A stretch of 57,730 nt of DNA, counting the filler, from Catajapyx aquilonaris (taxonomy: Eukaryota), in the NCBI GenBank assembly GCA_000934665.2. It is 3 parts of 3 records of this genome, joined end to end, with 100 filler letters (N's around TTAATTAATTAA, not from the genome) between each part and the next. Parts side by side here need not be neighbours in the genome. Positions count along the whole stretch, not along the records: positions 38,702 to 57,730 come from JYFJ02006548.1; 2 more parts are not named here. One strand, given 5' to 3'. Numbering within the stretch: the stretch's first letter is position 1; every line of letters starts with the position of its first letter. Below the pieces are notes generated by a model. That model was not told the DNA's origin. It searched no databases and was given only the letters and a program-made list of their open reading frames with translations. The position numbers were made by a program, and so were the translations under genes. This document shows positions 45,886 through 57,269 of the stretch, piece by piece.

Positions 45886-48164
45886 GATTCATCAAATGTC
45901 GTAAGTCAAATTTTCTTTGTAAGCGGTAGTATGGTTGCTGCCACTTACAAAGAAAATTTGACTTACGACATTTGATGAAGCAGCCCACAGGTTAGCATGT
46001 TCTGCCGGAACTAGTAGCAATCACTTGCTAGATGTCACATTTTGTTGTCATGGAATTATTCGAAGTAACTTCTGTTGTGTTTCAGGCAAAATGTGCTTAC
46101 CCAGAGTCTCTCATTACATGCATTGGCTTGCTTTTCAAGCAAATTTTCTATCAAAACTCATGAAAAATGTGTTTGTTTGTTGGGACACATTGACATAATT
46201 CCTTCTTTGTGTCTAACATGTGCTGCATTGTTTATGCAGTGCAGATCACTGCTACATTAGCTGTTACAAGTGCTTTACAGAGCTTCATTCAAAAACTGCG
46301 AAATTCAATCCAGATTTTTGCCTTGTTATCTGCCCAAGAAAAACTTACGGGTGCTCTGTTAATGAGAATCCAATGCTATCCTGCCATGCACAGACCTAGT
46401 GTGGGCTCCAGCACATAGAACAGTGGTTCCTCTTGAAGCCACATGAGTGAGTCTGGCAACCCGCTCGCCCCAGTTAGCCCCAGTGAGCAATGCTAGCGCC
46501 AAATTTCAGGCTGGGGAAGACTCGTATATTAAACTGCTGTAACGTAGGAGTTGGGTGGGGCTGAGATATAAGTGGCAGTTTCGACCAGAACTCTTTCGCG
46601 TTGGTGTATTAACTATGCACCCACCCCATGCAATCGATGTACAACAAAACAACGGGGGGTTGATATTTTTTCGGACTTTTCTTTATCATCCACACCCGGA
46701 TAATCAGGAGTACAGTGTATTTATAATAAGTGTTTATAGGGTCATGGCTGGACTCTGACTGTGAATATTAATTTTGCCCCATTTTCTCATTTACAGTTTG
46801 TGCAAGTATGTGCTGTCAAAGCCCCAGTCGATGCTACCAGCATGCCAGCAAGCTTACCAACTGACGCTTTGGTTTGGCTGGACACACTCTGAGCTTACTC
46901 CCGTCAGGTCAAGAAACTGGATGCTGGAGGGTGGTTCCAGAACTGACATTGCCATATGTCAACATAGAGAGGCAACGATCTTCGTCCTTCGGTCAAGCCG
47001 TCTTCTAGAGTTCCACCTGAATGGACTAACCTATTGATATAATTATGTAAGCTGCCTTGCTCTGGTACCGTTCCCTTCTACAAGAAGATGCCTGCCAGGT
47101 TACGTTTCTATACCAGTCTACAGTCACAACAAATGCTTGACAAAAAAGGAGATAGATCGGGAGAACAACTATCATTTTGTAAATCTGATGGACTCGGTCT
47201 AACTTCTTGCCAAAGGTTCCAGATATAGCATGTTGCTTTAGGGATGGTAGCCACACTGAACTGGTAGTACTTGCCGCTTTGAGTTGTGTTTCCAATGTGT
47301 CAGTAAAAACTTAAAATCGATAATATCAGAGTTGACTTGAGCCAAAAAAAAAAGAAAAGAGAGAGAACAATACTGGAGGACAGAGAGGAAGGACTTGCAG
47401 GAGCACCATGATGATAGCGAGGCCTTTGGGAAGGAGGGAAGGGAAGGGCTTCAATCCCCCAACCATCAAGAGATCCCTTGCGGGATGCTGGCAGGGACAA
47501 CATGAGGGTGGCAGTTGGGAAGAAGACCCAGGGGCCTAATCCACGCCTTCTCATTCAAGATAGATGCAACAAGGCTCAAGTCTCCTCATGTACCATTAAA
47601 TAACAAGATGTAATCAAAGTTGGCAACATGAGACGAGCTGCGGCGGTATCTGCATTGGGGTCAGATATCACCTTTGGCTACACTTTGAGTGTAAAATTTC
47701 CTGCTTATTCACAAAACTGGTAACAATGAGAGGTCAGTGGCAGTGACTGACACGCCCACTTGTCTTGCTTGATCAAGCACACATGAAACATAGCTTGTGC
47801 TGGCTTCCTTCACCTGTACACACAATAAGCTATATTAAGCTGCAGCTTTTGATTGGTATTTTTTCAATTAGGTTGGGATATCATCCCTCGCAGTTGCTGT
47901 GGAACATTTTAAGAACATAAATGACTGACTGTTGCATGCTCATGTTCTTTAGAGGGTCCTCACCGAATTGGTGTACTCCTGCTCCGTGGCGCAGATGATG
48001 AGTGTGACCACCATAGGCATTGTGGTAAGGAAACTGTGCGCCTTGTCTTCTATAGCTCTCTGGCTAGCACACCCTGGTCTGAAAAGCTAAGATCTTGTCT
48101 GCCTGTGCCATATGAGCAGAGGAGGTATCATCAACGTTCATGCTTCAGGGGGACACCTGTTGTT

Positions 48165-48251
48165 TCTGTTCAGTTGATGGTTGGAAAGCTGACCATCCTG
48201 AGGGTCTGTGAATTCATGGCTCATGGTACAGTACAAAACAAAGTTGATGGC
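48165..48251 (-). pseudogene. Isolated class A GPCR TM7/helix-8 exon fragment
   Basis: After acceptor cacttattctAG: AINFVLYCTMSHEF, then QTLRMV after a frameshift; resembles the NFxLY-C-xMSxxFR motif of neuropeptide receptors. Confidence 0.45.
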
Positions 48252-48784
48252 CTAGAATAAGTGAGGGAAAGCTGGAAAAAAATATAAGCTGCCCTTTTTT
48301 TCATTTCTTTTGCTCATGCATGAAGAATTTCCACAATTTTTAGATGTGCTTATGCTTGGACATCACCAGAAAACCTTAGAGTGTTCTTGTAGTGGTCCGC
48401 GGGATGTTGGGAAAGGGTAGGCAGTAACGAGACTGGGTATCAGTCATCTACTGTATTGGTCCTTGACTACATGTTCTCTCCTCAACAGTTCAGGAGGGAG
48501 TGAGGCCGAGGCCTGTACCAAGAAATAAAGAGTAGTAAGGAAGCGCCATAGAGCAACTTACCCACTGATTGGCTGGGCCCCAAAATGATGCGTCCGGCAG
48601 CCGCTCCCGAGCGGCAGTTCAAATGGCAGGTGCTGGCTGCCTGGACTGAAGCCACTTTCTTGCCTGTTTGGCCCTGACGTTTCTGCTGAACCAGCAGTCG
48701 CTCAGCTTGCAGGCAGTTCAGGTGTATAATCTGCGCAAATGTCCTGGTATGGGAGTACATGCGGATAACTTTCCGGTGAATTGC

Positions 48785-48960
48785 TGGATATCTTGCCTCC
48801 CCAGAATCTTTATCTAACATCTTGGAAAAGAATGCCTTGTTTATCACTTTACCAGAAGGTGAAATAATTCCACCGTCTAGAATATGATTTCGGAAAAGCT
48901 TTATCGTGTGGGGCATGTCAGCAAAGACCAGATGCTTCTTGACGGATCAACGGGGTTGAG
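48785..48960 (-). pseudogene. P-element (THAP9-like) transposase fragment
   Basis: ADMPHTIKLFRNHILDGG matches the D-x-x-H-x-x-K-x-x-R-N motif. Confidence 0.75.
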
Positions 48961-48982
48961 AACCGCATCTATCTCCTTCCTT

Positions 48983-49240
48983 CTAGGATACATCAATACC
49001 TGCCAGGTTACATTCCATAATCATTTGGTCCAACTTCCTATCCCTGCTAACTTTCACTTCTTGTACCAGTTCCAACACTAATGGTGATGCATGAGTGACA
49101 TTCTCGCCTTTGAGTTCCATTATTGTTTCTAAGAACTGGAGCATGTGGGAAAGTGCTCGTGGATATGTCAGGTTGAACACATAGTAACACTTAATAAGAA
49201 AGCACACTGCCTGCACAACTGATGATGTCTTCACCCATCA
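48983..49240 (-). pseudogene. Fragment of TE-associated ORF (SAMD3-like/CACTA-associated C-terminus)
   Basis: AVCFLIKCYYVFNLTYPRALSHMLQFLE; family assigned from memory. Confidence 0.5.
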
Positions 49241-50126
49241 CCCAACACAAAGTACTGATTTTCCTGTACTATGAGTCCTGGCTGCTGCATGCCACATTGC
49301 TGTCCTTGCATGATAGCATCCTCTGATGAACAGCCCTCCTAATAGGAGGTAAAAACAACTTAGTGACTGACATTGTTGCGACATTTCTTGTGCAGCAGTG
49401 AACTTAGAGTATATCCTGCACCTAAGTTCACCATTGCACTGTAACAATCCATACCAACAGTGACCTCTATACTTCAGATTGGCATGAAACAAAGTATACG
49501 GTAAAGATATTTAAGTGACACTCCAATTAAGAAAAGCACAACTATACCCGGACTTCCAAGAGTAGTAGCTTGAATGTCTCCTCCGGATCAAGCCTCTTAT
49601 TCCTGAAGGAACCTCTCGGAATGTAAGGCAGAATCTTCAATGTTATCATGTCTCTCTCAGCTGAAACAGGGGCAAAACAGTTGTTAGGGTAAAAACGCAC
49701 ACATCACCTAATGAAGACATTCCTAAGGTCTACCTTCACTTCTGCTGTCAGCATTTTGGATAATTTTTTGGGCAACAACAACTGCGGGTACTTTATTTGT
49801 CCTCAGAAAGTCCTCTGGTTCATATATGCTCATTGCTTCAATTTCAGTAGTGGTCGCCATGTTTCTCCTCACCACCACACTCCCAACCACCAGGGATTAC
49901 TCTCTCCCCTTCCTGTGCTGTGTGGTACATGAGCAAAATTAGGCCAAAACACCTGTAAATGCCACCATGCTATGGCCTGCCTAATGGCTAACAGTGGGCG
50001 CTACTGCACGTACTTGAGCTTGCAGATATCATCTCAGAGTTCTACAAGTATCTCAGTCTCAGACAAGAGCATGAGCAGTTCATGCCTAAGGCGATGACAT
50101 ATGCTCATTGTGACGTCACGCTAATG

Positions 50127-50424
50127 CAGTTCTTCCCAAACTGTGGTAGCGACTCCGTTTGGGGTCGTGAACTTAATATTTTGGGTCGCGAGGGAGGGTT
50201 AAGAAATCATTTTCCCAAAAAGTTCTATTTCCATTGAAGATTATGCCCATAAGGGCGGTTACAGAACAATTCAGATGTTCGACAATAGTACGTAATCAAG
50301 GATTTTCATTTTACTGTTTACCTGTCTTTTTATGTAGGGGGGTGAAAATGTGCAGATATGGGGGGTCGCGAATTTTTCAATGCGACATTTTGGGGTCGCC
50401 AACGAGAAAAATTGGGAAGCACTG
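50127..50424. mobile_element. hAT-type MITE
   Basis: CAGTTCTTCCCAA / TTGGGAAGCACTG with GGGGTCGC subterminal repeats; no matching TSD. Confidence 0.6.
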
Positions 50425-50739
50425 CTCGAAATAGCTCCGCACGCGAGGAAGATACTTGACAATGAAGAGAAGTAGCAGCTTCTTAATATCTGCTTATAAA
50501 ATTTGTGACTGCCATAATACGTACCGTAGTATTGTGGAACACATTTGTATTGTATACAGTCGTATACGACTTCTTCAATAGTAATGTTATACTAATACCT
50601 GTGCTGCTGTTTAAATCGGTAAAATGCTGTCGCCCAACGCGCTCCAGGAGTCGTGGAAAAGCGAGATGATAGTAATCAGGATAGTAACCTCATTCCAGTC
50701 TTCTCCTCCGTGCTCAGAGATACCACGTGAATTTTCGCC

Positions 50740-51195
50740 GCCCCCCCTCAAACAGGTCGCATGGTATTTGCACGACCCCTTACGGGAACATGGAATCCAT
50801 AGAAAATGGATTTCTTCCATTTGCAGTTTAGCCCTCGTGCCATTATGACTTGCACACATGAAAGATGTCCCATTATTGAATCGCTGGCATGATCACACCA
50901 CATCCTAGTATCAACACTCATCTCGTCGAACGAAAAAACGTACATTCTTTGGAAACTGCTGCAACTTTGTGTGCCTGTATGTCCAGGACAACAAGGAAAC
51001 CTGGCGGACACTGAAAATTTTTTTGTCCAATAGCGTAGCGTTGTGAGTCCGGGAAGTGCTTGTAACACTTCTGACAGAGACACCTCAGAGCCAGACCCCT
51101 AAGTATATCGTCCTTCTGCCACCTGGTCCTTCTTTTCTGCACAATGCATCTGATCTGTGCATCGGTGAAAACGTTTTTCAGCACCTTGGCATACT
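50740..51195 (-). pseudogene. P-element transposase N-terminal/catalytic fragment, frameshifted
   Basis: VFTDAQI..RWQKDDI; FSFDEMSV; VQVIMARGLNCKWKKSIFYGF. Confidence 0.85.
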
Positions 51196-51708
51196 CGAAT
51201 TAGCCAGCCGATCACGACCTGCTTTTAACTCAGATGTCCCATCCGATGGGTAGAGCATCCTGCCATATAGGTGACGTATGGCAGGATCAGATGGCACACG
51301 AAATGAGGAGGATGCCGATGCAGGCTTAACATGGATGTTTCCTCTGAGCTTCATGCACTCTCGCAATATAATCACTAGGAGCGTATAAAGGTGGTCCAAA
51401 GCGACCCTCTAGCGTTGAATGCACAGTATCTGCTTCCATCATTGTGTGGCCCTTTTCCAAGATTATTTGCTCAACAACATTCTGCAAATCAGAGGACAAT
51501 GTTGCAAAGAAATCAGGGGCTCAATATAAGATAACAGCACTCTTCCAACATGTTGGAAAATTATGTAAGTATTTTTTATGGAATTATGGACTACAATTTG
51601 CATTTAATAAATGTGTAAGTGACATGCAAAGTCCCTCGACTTAACTGCCAGCTGGAAATTTATTTCCAAGTTTGTCATTGACAAGATCAGGATTATGCAA
51701 AATAACAT

Positions 51709-52260
51709 TCACTTGTGATGTGGGACATTATCCATCACAACCACAGTGGGCTCCTTGCCTAGGTTGAGGATCAACTGCTCATTCAACCACTGCAAGAATT
51801 TGTTGCCATTCATCTGTCCGTGATAATCTGGATTCATTTGGTTTCCACTGGAGAACAGCAGGCCGGTCCCAGGTACAAACCCCTTCTCCCCTCCAGCATG
51901 GACCACTACGAACCGTGGCCCATCTGACTGCGGCCTGGTAATGCAAGTGGCTGCTGTGCCATCCTGCCAGCCGTACTTTGATGTCGCATTCTGAAATGTC
52001 CCAGTTTCGTCCATCCAGACGTCCAGTTTTGGCTGAGGTGAATTAGGGTTGTTCCGCATTCTTCTGAGAAATGCTATTCGCTTGAGTGCAATGTCCGTCT
52101 TCTCTAGCAGCTTAAGTCGGTTGTCCATTTTTTTCCACCGGAAGCCCAGCTTCTTCAGGATCTTCCTGAAGGGCGAAATTTGACCTTGGGAGGGGACGTC
52201 TACCTTCTTGACCCCTGCCAATAGCCCGGGCTTCAATCGATTACAAATGTTGAATAGAAC
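51709..52260 (-). pseudogene. IS630-Tc1-mariner (DDE_3-type) transposase fragment
   Basis: LKKLGFRW, VWMDET, VVHAGGEKGFVP, DYHGQMN, VVVMDNVPHH; truncated before the third catalytic residue. Confidence 0.88.
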
Positions 52261-52559
52261 TGGAACTTCAACTATTCCTTGGTGATGCTCTGGATGTGCT
52301 TTATTTGTAAAGCAGACTTTCATAATATGGAATGCTATACATTACGTTTGTTGGTCAGAATTGAGTACAGTGTTATGTTATGAAAAGCAGTTTATAGTGA
52401 GTGTATTGACCGTTCGGCGAAGAAGGAAACTAATATTAGGATATAGGTATTGCAGGCGAAAAAAAAGTATGAGCCATACGTAGTATAGACAGATAGGAAC
52501 AGATAAATAGGTGAAATAGAAAGGTAAAATATAAAGAGACAGACAAGAATCCTTTTCTA

Positions 52560-53400
52560 TCGTTTACTATCTAATTTATCGATATTAAATTCACGATTTT
52601 CGTATTTCCGATAATTTCGGCAGAATGTCGCTTTCTGCGCATTTACCGAAGTTCCTCTCAGCTTTGCGATCGTGAATTTCCAGAGGACATTCCCGACGTT
52701 TCTTATCATTTGTAGCTGTCTTGTTCTGTATGGAAAGTCTGTCGCAGGTGCTGCATGTATCTTGCCGCGGTTTTCCTGAAGACAAATTAAAATCTGTGGC
52801 GAAGATTCGTGTGAAGGTTTCCACACTGACAGGGGTCTTGGTCCCATCATCGGCAGAACAAATTGCTGTACAAATTGCATGTACATTCTGCTTATGGAAA
52901 GCTCTGGCGAGAGATATGAGCGATGTGTATTGGATGATCGGGTATATAGTGTGACGTTTCTGTAGGGTATGAACGAATGCGTCCTTCATCTGAATATATT
53001 CTAATGGTTCCTGCATGGCTAAGTTGTACTTTTTTTTGCAGCGTGTTCTCAACTCCATGACACCTTATCTGGTTTTGCGGCATGTTCTTTGCTGCAGTGT
53101 TCGTGCCATTAACGCCTGTGTATTCTTCTCCCCGAGATTTGCTCCGTTTACGAAGCACTTATTCCACTGCTCTGATTGCCTTTTTTGAGGGACCAGCCAT
53201 GCAAGGAATATGCTCGTCATCCGCCATCTTTGAATCTTGCTGCTAGGGTTGCCTTTAATGCTAAGTATCACGGCACGATGATTTTTTTTAAACCGATTAA
53301 ATGTCAGGGTGCCACTTGGCAGATACCCCCTTATTCATGCAAACCCATATATGCTTGAAAATGGCAGGTACCTCCATCTCGCCCCGGGCCCTAGAGTTGT
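52560..53400 (-). pseudogene. Sola1-like transposase N-terminal fragment, frameshifted
   Basis: FTRIFATDFNLSSGKPRQDTCSTCD motif; upstream SHY segment. Confidence 0.68.
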
Positions 53401-54019
53401 TGATGTTGATCCCGTGACATCAACACTACATGCTGAGTCGATAGAAATTATCTCAGCGGATGATTGAAGCTGTTGCGCTCCCCTCATTATGGGAGTGACT
53501 CCAAGTATAGCCCATGGCCCCTTGTCACTCACAAACAAACAACAAGCAACACACAAATTTACCAGTTAAGTCTGACAAGTATTACTTCTGCAGATTCTAC
53601 AGATCTCTGCAACAAAAAAATACGCGCCATGACTTTTGAACCAACCCATATGAGCTCATAACAAACCTGCATTTTCACGTAGGTTCCTATCATCTTTTCT
53701 TCTGGATATCCAGGACAGTGAAATTGTGACTTTACATGGGCGGGTAATGTCCCTTCTCAAATGATGTAGCATACCTGGGGCATCATCCTCTGTGTGAACT
53801 TTTTGACATGTCCCTCACATGCCTTTAGGTATTTCACCAGTGGATCTGGAGCTACTTTCAAACTGTCAAACGGTTTGCCTGTGCCCTGCACATAGCTTTT
53901 TGGGATCATCTATGTCTACCTTGGCAACATCCAACATCTTGCACTCCTGGCAAGGGTGAAAGGGTTTGTGAGTTTTTAAAGACCTTAGAATCATATCCGT
54001 GTCGGACTACTGTAGTATC

Positions 54020-54254
54020 TGATCCAATGGAGGAAGCCACCATCTACAACGTTGATAATCATTTTAAGGTCCATAGTTGTACTACTCTCTGCAGGAAATG
54101 CATCATACAGTGATGACTTCATTGACATCACCATTCCACCCTCATTGAAGAGGGCCAATGGAATGGGGATAACTCATACCTTTAAAAATCCGCAACATCT
54201 TCATCACTCTTTTTTTGCAATAGTGGTTCTTTGGAAAATCATTAGAGGGTCCAT
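54020..54254 (-). pseudogene. Academ-like transposase fragment
   Basis: Manual translation MDPLMIFQRTTIAKKSDEDVADF*RYELSPFHWPLFNEGGM..KSSLYDAF..NVVDGGFLHW. Confidence 0.6.
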
Positions 54255-54475
54255 TTGATGGAATTACTCACAGAGGCCAATGGCAAGCCTATATTCTTTT
54301 TAGATTGCTTGATGTCACCAAAATTACTTTCAACCATATGTAGGTATAATGTGTTCTGGTTATAATATTATAGTTAATAGCCACCATTGTAATAAAAACT
54401 TCCTTTTTAAAAAGTAAAACTAATATTTTCAACCATTTTTTTCGAAATATGCGCTTTTTCATCCCCCTCTATCTT

Positions 54476-55100
54476 CTAAACTATTGATCCTACAGAAGAC
54501 ATGTACAGGTGAAACAAGTTGTCCCATTTGGTCAATTTTTTTGGAACCCTGTTGTGGGCATCGGATGAGTTTTTCCTCTTCCTGCCGTGGCGCTCCTTAG
54601 ATGTCCATTCATTCATATAAAATAATTTGGTGGTCAAACTCATCCTGTGTTCCCTGCATGACTCTAGAGAGAACCATTCACTGAAGCTGGACTCAGTCGC
54701 GGCCGTCATTTTATTTACCAGCTGAGATCTGATGTTATTTGTGTGGCATATGTCTGGGTAGGCCTCCTCCATCACCTGCAATTGAAGCCTGACTACGTTG
54801 CAGAACTCTTGCGACGGCACACGCAGATGTCCAAAGGGGTTCGAATCCTTGGTTGGGTGCGCCTTCCAGAACGTGAGCACGTTGGTTTTTCTTCCCATGG
54901 CCAATTCATCGTCATGTTCCAGTAGCGTGGAGGTGCAGGAATCGCAGTGAGATTTCTCGAGTAAACGGTGCAGCAGGAATCCAGCGAAGTACGCAGCAGC
55001 GGACTGAGACAGGTCACTCTGCCCAGGCTTAGTCCCCGTGTCAGCAGTGGACTTGAGGTAATCATGGTCGTGCGCGACAACGCTGGTCATCACAGGGACT
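54476..55100 (-). pseudogene. P-element transposase C-terminal fragment
   Basis: AYFAGFLLHRL..CDSC..L; GHLRVPSQEF. Confidence 0.7.
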
Positions 55101-55104
55101 AGGA

Positions 55105-55450
55105 CTTGCAATAGCAGGGAAAAGTGACAACCACCTTGTTTTGGACTGTGATAGAAGTTGCTTATAACTGGTATCAACAAACTCACAGAAAGACTTCAAC
55201 TCCTCGGTTCTGACAGTATAAATTATTGAGAAATAGTTGTACATTTTCAAGATTAAGCATTCTACATCTATTGACACATTGTCAGCTCCATAATGCAGTG
55301 CATTGTGTAAAATGTGTGCTGTACACATTCTTCCCTCCTTCCTTACGATTGATGCCCCCAAAATTAGTGTTTGTGTTGTCCACAGCAAAACCTACACACT
55401 TGAGATACTTCAGCAATGATTCTACATCTTTCACCTTAAGGACCTTAATG
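55105..55450 (-). pseudogene. hAT transposase fragment
   Basis: CTAHILHNA (CxxH) and KTRWLSLFPAI. Confidence 0.82.
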
Positions 55451-55539
55451 GGAAGTACTGTACATCATTGTGGTGATAGAGATCAGGACAATCCAATGAT
55501 ACCTGGGCATTAGGTTTGAGAATTCTGAATCTGCTGTGG

Positions 55540-55975
55540 TTGACTCCACTCATCAGCTTTGATACTTGCAAGTCATTTATGTGGTCAGAGGAATAAGAAA
55601 AAAACTTTGTATGTGGATATCAGAATTCTTTCCTTGTTATTTACCACTGATTTTCTGTAGAAGGGAGACAGGTGGTCTGTATAACCTTTGAAATCAGTAG
55701 TTTGCATGCGAACAACTTTGAACTTTCGTTCTACCATATTTTCCCAGTCCTTGTGAGTTTCGATTTTTTTTCCGCCTGCCCTTTCATTCTTTCAATGGAG
55801 GCAAAGTGCCGATCAATAGACTGTGCCCTGGTATTGGGAAGTGTTGTACAATCCTATCAAAGCGCCCAAGCTTCACCATAGAAAAGAGGAACTGAATAAC
55901 AGCCGAATTAAGATTTTGGCCAGGGCATGCATCGGAAAAGATGTGGAGATAGCGTACTGTTTCTGGCAAAGGTGG
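55540..55975 (-). pseudogene. Sola1-like transposase catalytic fragment
   Basis: LHIFSDACPGQNLN...IVQHFPIPGHS. Confidence 0.78.
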
Positions 55976-56014
55976 GCACAGCTAACCGAAAAAATCAGCT
56001 TCTCTAACAGCTGA

Positions 56015-56200
56015 TCAGCTAACTTCCTTAGGACATATGATTTTAAGTTGTAAAGACTCCCTGCCTGTCCTTTTATGATAACATCCTTAGGCTTGCATAA
56101 GGCGCACCGAAAATTGAGAACATTGTTGTTCTTTGTGTCCCTGGAGACGAACACGAAGTACTCTGCTAGGTGGGGCCAAGGGTTCCCATCGCCATCGCCA
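56015..56200 (-). pseudogene. BED-type zinc finger of a hAT transposase
   Basis: PWPHLAEYF...FRCALCKP...SLYNLKSY. Confidence 0.62.
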
Positions 56201-57269
56201 ACACTGTTCTTCTCGTTCTCGGATTCATCCTGGCCCTCAGCTTCCGCCTCACCCACAGCCACAAGTGTGGCAAACATCGTCACCTTGACCTTGTATGATC
56301 CACCAGGCACCAGTCCACCACACCAAAAGACTGCGGGGGCCCCTTCCCCCCCTGTGTTTAACCATCGCGGCGCCACAGCGACATCTACCGACGACTTTTG
56401 TGAGCATCAGCAAAAGGGCCGAAGTCCAGGACTAAGGTCCTTCTGTTACGCCTTGGAATTTTCACGGCTTTTTTCATCATGAATGTAGTATGGACTTCGG
56501 TCTGTCTCACACGCCCTGAGATGGCGGGAGGGTTCATCTACGTTTTCATGCAATGAAACGAATTTCACCAAATTGTGGACTTAGGCCCTTTCTATTCTCC
56601 TAGCTTCAATTATATTCATTATATTTTCCCGTTTATTGCTCATTTTCTCATCATATTTATGTGAAGGAATAATCCTCAAGAAAATACTCACACATTAACA
56701 AAATAATGCACGCCTCTGGACATGATTTTTCATTTACTTTCATTCTCTTATAATGAAGCTCTAACTTAGTTGAAAAATAAGCAGGTACTGTCAACGAGTG
56801 GCATCCACTTCATAGATATCAAATCCTTCTTTTTTTCGGCTGGCAGAGATGATCCTTTTCTTGTCTTTGCACGTCGGATGCTACACTCTTAAGTCATGAA
56901 ACGTCTAAATGCCTCTAAATAGAGGTTTAAAAAGTGCATGTTTTTAAACCTCAACTTTAGAAGGTACATGAAACCTATAAAATACAAGGTACCTTGTAGC
57001 CTCTCCTCTCGAGGCCTTTTATAAAGGTGCATTTTAGAGGCTACGTCCAGAATTAAGGTTACAACAAACCAATGAAATTAATTACTACGGATTAATGCAT
57101 ACACATTAGCATGTTTTTATTTCTCTGACATGACTTACATGGCCACTGAGGTCTGAATATACTGAAAATATACAAACATGCATACTTAACATATAGACAT
57201 AACCCTCAAGTTTGTCCCTTTTGTTCTGCATATAATATCAGTATGAGGGTAGGCAGCCACTTATGCAAG

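Larger units (their letters stand above)
41866..46090 (+). ncRNA. Putative non-coding snoRNA host gene built from tandemly duplicated exon-intron units
   Basis: Paralogous mini-exons 41866-41976, 42339-42432, 43109-43225, 44347-44447, 44806-44899 and 46086-?. Each has a yAG acceptor, and the first five have GTGAGAT donors. Lengths are not frame-conserving and the first exon has stops in all three frames. One snoRNA copy lies in each intron. Confidence 0.62.

Noticed and set aside
47995..48082. Box C/D snoRNA (ATGATGA...CTGA)
   Set aside because: No terminal stem and no rRNA/snRNA complement that I can recognise upstream of the D box; likely chance.
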